DNA of 64,000 bases from Prorocentrum cordatum (lineage: Eukaryota), in contig CAUYUJ010000181.1 of assembly GCA_963575745.1 (NCBI GenBank), positions 434,001-498,000 on the forward strand. The letters run 5' to 3'. Shown here in pieces: positions 1-11,107 of the stretch. Positions within the stretch are counted from its first letter, which is position 1. Each line of letters starts with the position of its first letter. The translations under genes and the position numbers were made by a program. The notes beneath the pieces were generated by a model. That model had not been told where the DNA came from. It ran no database searches and saw only the letters and a program-made list of their open reading frames with translations.

Positions 1-489
1 CCCAAAGACACCCGCAAGAGACCCCAGCCAAGATGGCCTCAAGACTGCTGAAGCGAGCAGTAGATGGCCCGGCAGGGCCCAGAGCTGGCCCAAAATGACC
101 CAAGGGACCGCCAAGACTGCCCCACAGAGGCCCAAGAAAAGACAGAAGAAAGGTTACACATCATTGACGAAGACGAGACGAGAACCCCCGACACAACGAG
201 AAAGAGTGTGACCCATGTTAAGGCTCCCCCAAGCTTCGGGACACAAGGTGTCATAATACGTTCCAGTCTCCTGCTTGCTCACAGACCAGTCGTCACCACA
301 GAGGTTGGAATGACATGGTGGCGGGACTTGCCGCAGGCAGCTGGATATCTTCTCCTCCTCCGCCTCCTCCTCCTTCCCTTCTCTTCCTCCTCCTTCTCAT
401 CCCTCCTTTTCCTTCTCGTGCTGATCGTCCTCGCCGTCCTTGTCCCGCTTCTCCTCGCTTTTACCTCCCCCCTTCTAGGGTCGAGGAGC

Positions 490-700
490 GTCTGCGTGGC
501 GCGTCGCGGCGGCGGCCCCGGCGACGCGCTCTACTTTGAGAGCGGATCGCGCGTCGCTCCGCTCCGCGGGACGGGAGGCCTGGGAAAGGAGCTCGGGACT
601 TTGGCGCTCGGGGTTGCTGGGGAGTGGATGTAGCGTGCCGCGCCGAAGCGCGGATGGCCAGAGCAGGCGGAGCGACACGCTGTCCAAAAGATCCTGACCG
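490..700 (+). repeat. Family C dispersed repeat; copies at about 22895-23125, 57140-57360 and a partial copy at 37440-37530
   Basis: Shared blocks GGCCCCGGCGAC...GCGGA...GTCGCTCCGCTCCGCGGGACGGGAGGC and GCCGCGCCGAA(G/C)CG(T/C)GG. Confidence 0.7.
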
Positions 701-1058
701 TACCTCCGCCTCTCACTCTTGTCATCACAGGGGAAAGAACAAATAACATAAACATGAAAACCTCTCTGAGGTCCGCGCGGACTTCTCAGATCGGCGCTGG
801 ACCCCCCTCCCCAACGAGCGCGCCAAGGGCGGCGCCGGAGGCGACGCCGGGGGGGGCCCAGCGCGGATCCAAGGAATCCGCGCGGAGCGCCAACAAAATT
901 ATGTTGATGGAGCTTTTGTTATTCTTCTCGACTTCATGTTTATGTTGATGGAATTAAATATTTTTCTTATTCGACTTCATTCTTCTCATCATTATCCTTC
1001 TCGTCATCATCCTCCGCCCCCGGTCGTTTCCCTCCCTTGCCGTGCCCTCCTCCCCCGC

Positions 1059-1170
1059 CCTGGCTTCGAGCGAGTGAGTGCCGGGGAGCAGACCGCCGTC
1101 TGCCACGGGGGTCCTCTGATAGCTCGCCCAGTAGCCAGGCTCGTGCAGAGTCTCCTCCAGCTCGCCCAGC
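1059..1170 (-). CDS. Exon (LGELEETLHEPGYWASYQRTPVADGGLLPGTHSLEAR); gene probably continues beyond the window start
   Basis: CCCAG|G acceptor in the correct phase and a complex peptide. Donor is either AG|GA at 1114 or about 1059. No stop codon reached. Confidence 0.62.
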
Positions 1171-1899
1171 CTGGGCACCGCAGCGCAGGGGGGGGGGGGG
1201 CAGCCTGCACGCAGGCTCCAGAGCGCCTCTAGCAGACTCGGGGAGGACGAGGGAGAGGAAGAGAAGGAGAGGGGAGGAGAAGAGGGCGAAGGAGAAACAC
1301 CCATATGGCATTGCTATTCGTTTCCTTGCCCCGTTTTTTTTTTGTTTCTCTCTCTCTATACATATATATGTCCCCCACTCACTCTCTGCACATAATACTA
1401 TATATCTGTATGTCTCGGAAGCCAGGGGGTGAGATCGCAGTGAAACGGAGAGCCCACCACGGGGAGATCGGTTTCGGTTTCGTGTTCGTGTTCGTGTCGT
1501 GCGTGCGGGCGAGGCGAAGCTGCGTGGGCGAACGAGAGGCATGCACCCGCGCTGCTGGGGCGAAGCCGGGCTCAATGGTTCCCCTCCCCCTGCTGGCCGC
1601 CGGTGGCTCGGGGGTGTAACGACGGTGTTCCGTGGCGCGGTGTCCATAGGGGCCCCTGGTGTCCCGTGGCGGGGTGTCCCGTGGTGTCCCATGAGGTCGA
1701 TTGTGAGATCGATCGTGAGATGGACAATGGGATCTATAGCGAGCAGCCCAATCGACAGATGACACCAGCCCTCTGGGCGTAGGTGGTCTAACGAGCTTCG
1801 TCTTCTCTCCGCCCGAACCCCTCCTTCCCCTGCTCGGGGGAGGGGTGTTTCCCTCCTCCTCCCCCCTCCCCTGGGTCTGGGAGGGGGGTGCGCGGGTAG

Positions 1900-2470
1900 T
1901 TAGAGCGACCAAGACGGCCCAAGAAGACTCCAAGAGGGCCTCAGGAAGCCCAAGATGGCCTGCAAGATTGCTCAAGATACCTCAAGATGGTTCAAGATAG
2001 CCTCCGACACACATCCAAGAGGCCTGTAGATGGCCCCAAGACGGTTTCAAGTGCCCTCCGAGCCCTCCAATGACCCCCCCTAAATCTCTCAAACATCTAC
2101 GGACATCTATGTTGTTTGCCTTCTCGCCTTCTCGCTCCCTATGGGCTCTTCATGCCTCAAGATGGCCCTAAGACGGCCCAAGAGCCCCACGAAGGGCCCA
2201 AGAGGGCCCTAAGAGCGCCCCAAGAGGGCCTCAAGAGATCATTTTTGAGCCTCCATGGGGGGGGGGATTTACCCCCCCACATACCCTTTTTGAGACATGG
2301 GGCCCAAAACGACCCCAAGAGGCTCCCCAGGCCCCCCCAAAGAGCCCCAAGAGGGCCCCTAGACCCCCCAAAAGAATCCCAAGGGGGCTCAATAGTGTCC
2401 CAAGTGGCTCCGCGAGGACACCAAGAGCGACCCACGACGTCTCCAGCAGACCTCCGAGAAAACACTTCCA
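1900..2470 (+). repeat. Degenerate GGCCCCAAGA-type minisatellite element. Related tracts at 1-135 and 6780-7150 (+), and 35125-35430, 43440-43570, 57955-58135 (-)
   Basis: Recurrent CCCAAGA/CTCAAGA motifs at about 11-bp spacing. Confidence 0.8.
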
Positions 2471-2843
2471 AGGCGGCTGTTGAACTGCATGCGTCTGCAT
2501 TTCCCTGATCAAGGCAACTCGCCTGGCGATTTGTTTCTGGATGGGCTGGTGGGGGACGCGAAGCGTCAATAATTTTGTTGTGAGATCGACAGTGGGGTCG
2601 ATTGTGTGATCGATATCGATCACGATGTCGATATCGATCGGTAGATCGAGAATGAGGCCGACAGATAGGTTGCAAAACAAGTGGTCCGTGGTGCCCAAGG
2701 AGTTTCTGCCGAATCCGATCCGATCCAGATCGCACACCCAAAACTGACCCCCCCCCCATACAATCTTCTTGTCACCCGAAATGTGGTCGTTCAGGTGTGT
2801 GTATATACACATATCTATATGCGCATATATATATATACATATC

Positions 2844-2874
<31 letters not shown>

Positions 2875-3670
2875 GTGTTAGCCGGCGTGGACCATGAACG
2901 CAATGTTTCTAGCATTCTCTCTACCGTGCAATCTATGTGGGGCAATCTAGCCTTCTCTGTTGTGCAATCCGGCGCAATATACGCGATGCAATCTGCGTTG
3001 TGCAGCTCACCCTGCCGAGCTTGAAGTTGACAACTCCACTGCTTGCGCAATCATCGCATCCACACACCCGCAATTTGGTTTGCAAAAGCCATGCGGCGGC
3101 GATTGCGATGCCTGCTTCGCGCTGGCTGCCACATCGCTGCGGCCGTTCTCAGGGGCGGGACCTGAGGATCCTTACCCTCCTGCTCTGACCCTTCCTCATC
3201 TTATAGATACGCACACACCACACCCCCCTTCCTTTCTCCTTTCCTTCCTCCTTACATGTACGCACACACCACAACCGCACTCTCGTTTCTCCTTCCTTTC
3301 TCCTCCTCTGGCTCCTCTCCCTCTTCCACGTACGTCTCCACTCCCTCCCCAACCAACGTTTCCTCCTACCTCCCTCCCCAACCACCCAGACTATCGAACA
3401 GCCGTAAGGTCCGCTGGGAGGACCCCTGAGTCCTCCTCCTCCTCCTCCTCCTCCTCCTCCTCATCATCATCATCATCATCATGATCTGTATTATAATATC
3501 TATCCTTATCCTTCATCCTCGTCCTCCTCCTCCTCATCACCAATGTCATCATCATGATCATGATGATGATAACGATGATCATCATCATCATCATCATCAT
3601 CATCAGCGTCTATATCATCATCAGCTGCATCATCATCATCATCATCATCATCAGCACCATCATCTTCATC

Positions 3671-3716
<46 letters not shown>

Positions 3717-3934
3717 CCATCATGAGCATCATCATCATCATCATCATCAGCAGCATCATCATCATCATCATCATCATCGCCGTCGTCTTCATCATCATCT
3801 TCATCATTGTCATCCTCATCATCAACATCATCAGCAGCACAATAAATAACACCATTATAATTACCACGATATTAATTATCAGACGTCCGTCCTCCTTCTC
3901 CTCCTTTCCCTCCTCCCCGCATCCCGGGTCGAAC

Positions 3935-4002
3935 CTCACTGTCAGCTCGCAAGCGGACCAGGCGCGCGTCTCCCGCGCCCGCGGCGGCGGCCAGGGGGCC
4001 GC
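3935..4002 (-). CDS. Exon (AAPWPPPRARETRAWSACELTV)
   Basis: GAG|G acceptor, AG|GT donor (phase 2). In-frame join to 1170 gives CELTV-R-LGELEETLHEPG. Confidence 0.6.
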
Positions 4003-4074
4003 CTCGTGGGGCCAGGGAGACAAGGATGCAGGGGGGCTCCCCCACCCGAAATCCTCCTTTTCCTCCCCTCCCCC

Positions 4075-4652
4075 CCCTCCACAATTACACAATATGAAAA
4101 TACTCTCCCACTTCGCCTGATGGCGTCCCGAAGATATCCGACCCCCCCCCGCGTAGTGTTTTTTTACACACAGGATTCCCGGGAAACGGGTTTTCGCTGG
4201 TGTTTTTTTCCAAAATGCTGCTCTCGCCGAGGCGCCGGCCTCATTTTCGGGCCCCGCTCGTTCAGAATCGTGCTCCCGCTGCAACGCTGGCCTCATTTCC
4301 GTGCTTCCGCTTGTTCCGACTCGTGCTCCCGCTGCAGCGCTGGCCTCATTTCCGCGCTTCCGCCCGTTTCGACTCGTGCTCCCGCTGCAGCGCTGGCGTC
4401 ATTTCCCGTGCCATGCCACAGCACACGCGCACACACGCACACACACACACCACCACCACCACCACCACCACCACCACCACCACCACCACCAGCACCACCA
4501 GCACCACCAGCACCAACAGCACGACCAGCACCACCAGCACCACCAGCACCACCAGCACCACCAGCACGACCAGCACCACCAGCACCACCAGCACCACCAG
4601 CACCAGCACCAGCACCAGCACCACCAGCACCAGCACCAGCACCAGCACCAGC

Positions 4653-4683
<31 letters not shown>

Positions 4684-4830
4684 CAACCACGCACCCACGC
4701 ACGCACGCACGCACGCGCACCACCACCCACTAGTCCGCGGATAGAGAAAATCAGCGCCATGGTAAGGGATGGGAGGGAGGGGTAGGACGTCAGATATGAC
4801 GCGCGCGCACCTAGCTTGCCTCCCCCCCTC
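4075..4830 (+). repeat. Family D dispersed element; copies at 17958-18462 and, diverged, 31800-32370
   Basis: Shared 5' block CCACAATT..CAATATGAAAA..CTCTCCC, internal GTGCTCCCGCTGCAGCG..GGCCTCATT units (three here at about 52-bp period), and a near-identical 3' block GATAGAGAAAATCAGCGCCATGGTAAGGGATGGGAGGGAGGGGTAGGACGTCAGATATGACGCG..CCTAGCTTGCC. Confidence 0.85.
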
Positions 4831-5039
4831 CTCCCCTCCCCCCACCCTCCCCTCCCACCCCCCCTCCCCTCCCGTCCGTCCCCATCGCCCTCATCCCCCC
4901 CCCAACTCCCGTCCCCGTTGCCTACTGCCTGCCCGGCGGGCCGAGCTTCACTGCCGGGTCCTGGGCTTTCACTTCGAGTGCCTTGCGCGTGCTGGCGCCG
5001 TCCCTCCTCCCCCACCACATCCGTCGTTGGACGACCAGA

Positions 5040-5229
5040 ATAGGGGAACAAAAAGTGGCATAAGCATAAAAACTCGGAGGTCCGCGCGGATTTCTCGGAT
5101 CGGCGCTGGGGCCCCCGGCGGCGCCTCCGGCGCCGCCCCTGGCGCGCTCCGCGCGGGGTCCAGCGCCGATCCGAGAAATTCGCGCGGACCTCCGAGTTTA
5201 TATGTTTATGTCTTTTTTCGTTCCCCTAT
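5040..5229. mobile_element. Family A foldback/MITE-like element (best copy). Other copies at about 728-930, 13940-14135, 15945-16110, 22522-22690, 27980-28185, 39200-39390, 44360-44560, 46560-46740, 49345-49550
   Basis: About 70-bp inverted arms (ATAGGGGAAC..CATAAAAACTCGGAGGTCCGCGCGGATTTCTCGGATCGGCGCTGG and its reverse complement ending GTTCCCCTAT) around a GC core. TA at both ends; non-coding. Confidence 0.85.
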
Positions 5230-5483
5230 GAAAGTCCGTGAGCACGTCCAGACCTGCCGAAACACTATCTGGGGACTGGCTCGCCCTCCGCACGCTTCCC
5301 AATTCCCCGTGTCCCTTCCGTTGCTTCCCCCTGCTGGTGCCCCTTCGCCTCCTCTCTTTTCTCCCGGTTATTTAACATTATGGCTCCTCTCTCTCTCTCT
5401 GTATATACGATAGATGTATGTATGTGTGTCTGTCTGTTTGTCAGAGTGCGGGGGCCGACCGGCCATTCGCTGTCCCTGGGCGC

Positions 5484-5762
5484 ATGGCTGAAGTGGGGGT
5501 TCCGCAATACGGATTCTTATTGCATTGTCACGACGCACCGCGCGACCCGCCCGCGACCCACCGCGCGACCCACCTCGCGACCCACTCCGCGACCGACCCG
5601 CGACCCACCTGCGACCCACCCGCCACCCACCCACATTGCTTTAACGAAAATTCGGCGCCTGCGGCGGGCTCGTGGTGCAATGTGTTCAAAAAATCGGCGC
5701 CTGCTGCGAGCCTTCTTCAGTCTCGCAGACTGCCGACGACCCCGCCGCCCTCTCACTCTTAT
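5484..5762. repeat. Family J dispersed repeat; inverted copy at 34640-34950
   Basis: GGCT.AAGTGGG.TTCCGC, an internal GCGACCC minisatellite, TCGGC.CCTGCGGCGGGCTCGT.GTGCAA and ACCCCGCCGCCC.CTCACTCTTAT. Confidence 0.82.
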
Positions 5763-8560
5763 CCGGAACTGCGGTTGCAACGTATATTCCTACTCTTTCG
5801 CATCCTGCATGACCCCCACCCCGCCACGGATGGCCCACACAAGCACGCGCACACATACGCACAAACACAGACCACAAAATGCCGGGACACCTCTCCATTT
5901 CCCCCCGCCCTGGGGCACGTTTCGGACGGTCTTGGGCCATATTGGGACCCTCCTGCGCAACCACGCTTGCGGCGCCGACCTACTTGGCTCGCCTTAAATA
6001 TGCCCAGTGAGTTTTTGTTTGCGTTTTCAGCTCGGCATCTTGGAATTCATGTTTGCTTAGCGTTTTCAGGTCTCAACCCAAAAAACTAAAAACGCTAAAA
6101 CAAAGATACGTTGTTTCAGCGTTGTCAGACATTGTGTTAGCGCTTTCAGCCTGAAAACGCAAAACAAAACAAAGACGCACGAAGATCTAAGGAGCGGCCC
6201 GAAAACCTGTGCTGCGAGAAGCAAAAAGACGACGGCGAACACGCGCAGGCGGGAGGCCAGGGCCGGCGGGACGAGGCAGGCGGGCGGGCAGGCGGGAGAA
6301 AGGGCAGGGGGGAGACAGCAAGCGGGGAGCAGGGGAGGAGGAGGCGAGGGAGAGGAGGAGGAGGAGGAGGAGGAGGAGGAGGAGGAGGAGGAGGAGGAGG
6401 AGGAGGAGGAGGAGGAGGAGGAGGAGGAGAGGAGGAGGAGGGGGAGAAGGAAGGAGGGGGGACGGGAGACGAAGAGGAAACAGACGGGCGGGAACAAAGG
6501 GGACCGGGAGCGAAGGGCCACCCGCTACGAAGCACTGCGGCGGCGACACCGACCAGGCGGCGCAGGCGGAGGGAGTGCTGCGTTGGCTGGCGGTTGTCGG
6601 GCTCGTCGAGGGGGGGGCGCTCGTCGAGGGGGGTTGTCGGGGTCATGGGGGAGGGGTGGCGGTGCAAGGTGGACGGGGACGAGCTGGACGGGGTGGCAAG
6701 GACCCTCGCGGACGGCTCCCTGGGCCTCCCTGGAAACCCGCCCGCACTCCTCTCGACGCCACGGACGGCCCCAGAAGACTTGCAGCGACGCTCAAGACGA
6801 GCAAGAGGGCCCAAGGATGGCTCCCACACGACGCCAGGACGGCTCCCAGATGGCCCCAGGATGGCCCCAACACGACCAAACAGACTCCCAAGAGGACCTT
6901 TGGAGACCCCCAAGAGGGCCGCCAGAGGCAACATTCATGGATTCCCATTCGGGTTTGGAACGATTTGGGCGTGCACTCATTTTTCGGACGGCTCACAGCC
7001 CAGGGCACCCCCAGGGGCTTCCGAGGTCGCCCCGCTACGACCCAAGTGGCCTCCAGGAGCGCCCGAAGACGGCCCAAGATGGCCCCAAGACGGCCCGAGA
7101 GGGCGTCCTACAGCGCCCCATGAAGGCACAGGCGGCTTCCAAGATAGCCCCAGAGTGGAGATCCTCAGACTGCCCAAAGAGTCTCGGCCCAAGCGGGCAT
7201 AGCTTTGGCATCAAGGCGGCCTCGCCCGCAGACGGTCCAGCGACGAACACAGCTATGACCTCACGGCCCCCAGGAGCTCCAGTGGACGGAACACTTTTGA
7301 GGCGAACCGCTGACGTAAAAACCTTGACTGCCAAGTCCCCCAAGGGCGAGCAGTGACGCAAGAAACTCATAGCTGAAAGGCTCTTAAGAGCGAACGGTGA
7401 CACAAAGGACTCGAACAGGGATGCAAAAGAAGGCATGTAATACTGAGGCTCCCCAAAGCTCGCGGTGACGTGAAACAACAACTCCTACGCTAAGGTTCCC
7501 AATAGCGAATGGCTCCGTGAGCCCTCTTGGGCAAAGGCCTGAAATGACATCGTCCTTGGACGATGCAAACTTTCGCTGGTCCTTGAACGCTTTCGCGATT
7601 CACTTCCAGCAGCTGCGCCCCGCCGAAGGCGTTTCGGGGGATCACGGTGGCTGCATGCTGGGTGCAAAAAAAACGCCTCCTCCCTCCTTTTTGCGTTTCC
7701 AAGACACGGATTGTGTGGTCGTTGCGTCCATGCAGAAACCGAGCTTCGGCGAAACAGAACTACTCACGTACGTACGAAGCTGCCTGGCACGATAATGAGA
7801 CGCAGTGACCTGCGGCTGCACGCCGCATCAAGGAAAAAGAAAGGCGGTGAGAGCAGACGAACTATTAGCAGCCCGTCCTCGAGGGGCAAGGTTCGGGGGG
7901 GAATCAGCTCATGGTATCCACATCGACATGGAATCGGCGATGCATCGGCAATCGGTCGGCACGAGGCCCCCGATGGCGACTCCGCGCGGGCCTGTGCGGG
8001 GTGGGCCATCAGGCGATCAGGCCCCTATAACGGCGATGTCTGGGCGACTGGGGGTCGAGGCCGTCCCCGCCCGCGCCTATCCTTGGGTCGGGCATGTCCT
8101 CCTACAGGGGATTTTGGACGAAACAAAGAATGTCAAAACATATACCCAACACTTGCTGTCAAAACGCTTGTAAGCATTGACCCCAGACTATTGATGGTCT
8201 GTTTTTGGATACTCCTCCTGTAGAGGGACAAGCCCGACTTTAAGCAGGCCTACGGCAGGTTCCTGTCGTGCCGACCCCGGCGTTGGTTCCCGACACCGCG
8301 CTGGATCGTTCAACCTTGAACGATCGGCCGTATCCGCAACGTCCGATCGTTCAACATCGACCGATTCTGGGCCGCCGGCGGCGTTCAACCTTGAACGCCC
8401 GCGCTGGGGTCGCCGCGAGTCGACACGACGCGAACCTACCGTACTCCTCCTGTAGAGGGACAAGCCCGACTTAAGCACGCCTAGCCGCCTCCCCCGAACG
8501 TTGCCCGTGACCCCCCCGCCCTCGAGCCCTCGAGCGCCGCAGAGCGAGCGGCAGCGAGGC

Positions 8561-8691
8561 CTCCGTGCGAGCCGCTCGCCCCGCCGCGCCGCCGTCGCCG
8601 AGGAGCCCGAGCCGCCGGAGCGCCCGCGCGGCGTGGTGGCCGCCCAGGTGCTGCAGGCGCAGGGCCGCGGCGAACCGAGGAGGAGAGGGGG
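8561..8691 (-). CDS. Exon (..RFAAALRLQHLGGHHAARALRRLGLLGDGGAAGRAARTE); 5' boundary uncertain
   Basis: Protein-like, GC3-rich frame. Donor GAG|GC in phase 0 joins the 4002 exon. The acceptor is ambiguous (AG at 8693-8692 or an internal CAG). Confidence 0.6.
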
Positions 8692-9369
8692 CTACTCTGT
8701 AAGGACGGTTTTTTGAAGGCAGATCTGCCTTCAAAGAGGAAAGACTGGTCTACTCTGTAAGAGCGGTTTTTTGAAGGCAGATCTGTCTTCACTGTAAGAA
8801 CGGTTTTTTGAAGGCAGATCTGCCTTCAAAAAACCGTTCTTGCAAGGGTCACGCAGCCGGGGAAAAACTTAGAACAAAATCACCCAGACGACCATCGGGA
8901 ATGATTTGCAGACGGCAGCGCTCAAATGGGATCGTTAATTGATGTTCGCCATTCAGTGTTGGCAGCGTGCGCAGGCTTGCACCATGGACCAGGTCATTGA
9001 TATGCCGCACTTCGGCTTGCGCGCCCAGTGGCAACCTTGAGAGGCGGACGCCACTTAATGCCCAGGTGCTCTTCCAAGTGAATCCTTCACAAGGCCGCTG
9101 GCGTGAGTGGTTCCACGTTCTGCTTTGCGGTTTCGGTCCCACCAATCGGATGGCTAACATGCAACGCGCAATGCAGACGAGACGTTAGCTCGGTAACCTT
9201 GACAGGCGGATGTCACTTGATGCGACGGGCCGCGCCTGGTTTGATTCAGCATCTTTTCGGCTTCGATCCCTGTGCCACTTTTGTTATAAGCTGTTCACGG
9301 GGATGGGTGAATCTGCCTAAGTACTGGGTTTCCGCGCGATTTCCCTCTCGTCTTTTAGCGTGCCGCCCT

Positions 9370-9782
9370 GTGGTTCCTGTGGAGCGTGTGAGACTTGTGC
9401 CCCTTTGGGACTTGTGCGACTTGTGGGACCTGCGAGACATGCGGGACCTGGGCGACTTGCGTGATCGGTGGGTTTTGTGGGACCTGTGCGACTTGTGCGA
9501 CCTGCGAGACTTGTGGGAGCTGAGGGGCCTGTAAGACCTGTGGGACCTGTGCAAAACGTCGGCTGTGTTAGGACCTGCGAAAGACCTGCGGGCTTTGCGG
9601 AACCTGTAGGGTTTGTGGGACCCGTGGGGCCTGTGCGACCTTTGGCACCTGTGGGACCTGCAGGACCTGTGGGACCTGCGAGACCTCTGGGACCTGCGAT
9701 ACCTGTGGGGCCTGTGAGACTTCTGCGACCTGTGAGGCTTGGGGGACCTGTGCGACTGACGAGACCTGTGGGACGTGTGAGG
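9370..9782 (+). repeat. Degenerate 9-bp minisatellite (GACCTGTGG/GACCTGCGA)n
   Basis: Direct inspection. Confidence 0.9.
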
Positions 9783-10112
9783 TGTCCAACGATACGTGTT
9801 GACGATACGGCGAAGGGCGGGGTCTATGATGTAAATTCACACACGGGGTGCAGTTTAGGTTGCCCAACAATCCCACTTAACGATCGGGCGGGTGCGGGCT
9901 TAGTGACGTGCTAAAATTCATACACGGAGCGCGTTTCGCGTAAAGTGGCGTGCCCCGGCGTGTCCACTTTACGATTTGTTCCCAACCATCCTGTGGTGTT
10001 GGGTCCTCGTTTTGAAAAGACGGTGCCCCGCGTTCCTCCTCCTTCCTCCCGCTGCCCCCTCCCTCCTCCCTCCCCCTTGCCTCTGCCCTTCGCATGTCTC
10101 TGTTTCGGCACA

Positions 10113-11107
10113 TCCCTCACGCGTTCCGTGGCCCCATAGGGAGCTCCACCGAAGGCCCCAGTGACAGGGTCCGCATGGCGGCCCCGCATTTTGGCGCACC
10201 CCTCACACGGTTCGTGGCCCCATAGGAAGCTCCACCGAAGGCCCCAGTAGCAGGGTCCGCATGGCGGCCCCGCATTTTGGCGCACCCCTCACACGGTTCG
10301 TGGCCCCATAAGGAGCTCCACCGAAGGCCCCAGTGGCAGGGTCCGCATGGCGGCCCCGCATTTTGGCCCGCCCCTCACACGGTTCGTGGCCCCATAGGGA
10401 GCTCCACCGACAGGGTCCGCATGGCGGCCCCGCATTTTGGCGCAACCCTCACACGGTTCGTGGCCCCATAGGGAGCTCCACCGAAGGCCCCAGTGGCAGG
10501 GGCCGCATGGCGGCCCCGCATTTTGGCGCACCCCTCACACGGTTCGTGGCCCCATAGGGAGCTCCACCGAAGGCCCCAGTGGCAGGGTCCGCATGGCGGC
10601 CCCGCATTTTGGCGCACCCCTCACACGGTTCGTGGCCCCATAGGGAGCTCCACCGAAGGCCCCAGTGGCAGGGTCCGCATGGCGGCCCCGCATTTTGGCG
10701 CACCCCTCACACGGTTCGTGGCCCCATAGGGAGCTCCACCGAAGGCCCCAGTGGCAGGGTCCGCATGGCGGCCCCGCATTTTGGCGCACCCCTCACACGG
10801 TTCGTGGCCCCATAGGGAGCTCCACCGAAGGCCCCAGTGGCAGGGTCCGCATGGCGGCCCCGCATTTTGGCGCACCCCTCACACGGTTCGTGGCCCCATA
10901 GGGAGCTCCACCGAAGGCCCCAGTGGCAGGGTCCGCATGGCGGCCCCGCCCCATTTTGGCGCCCCACCCCTCACACGGCTCGTCACACGGCCGTGGCCCC
11001 ATAGGGAGCTCCACCGAAGGCCCCAGTGGCAGGGTCCGCATGGCGGCCCCGCCCCATTTTGGCGCACCCCTCACACGATTCGTGGCCCCATAGGGAGCTC
11101 CGCCGAA
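10113..11107 (+). repeat. 86-bp tandem satellite, about 11.5 copies
   Basis: Unit CCCTCACACGGTTCGTGGCCCCATAGGGAGCTCCACCGAAGGCCCCAGTGGCAGGGTCCGCATGGCGGCCCCGCATTTTGGCGCAC. Central copies are identical and edge copies diverged; one unit has a 12-bp deletion near 10410. Confidence 0.95.

Noticed and set aside
3481..4845. His-rich, poly-Ile, poly-Thr and Trp/Cys ORFs (also at 24.8-26.5, 51.9-52.5 and 54.9-56.2 kb)
   Set aside because: These are translations of trinucleotide microsatellites, open in most frames because the repeats lack stop codons.
7035..7600. Possible decayed coding remnants (also 12300-13270, 30025-30600, 35890-36330, 60750-61450)
   Set aside because: The sequence is complex but has no recognisable domain motif; it cannot be assigned without a homology search.
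10180..11070. Dinoflagellate spliced-leader relics (CATTTTGGC within the 86-bp unit)
   Set aside because: Only about 9-10 nt match the leader; the CCGTAG start and CTCAAG end are absent.
10113..11107. CRISPR array
   Set aside because: The units are contiguous near-identical 86-mers with no unique spacers, there are no cas genes, and the context is eukaryotic.
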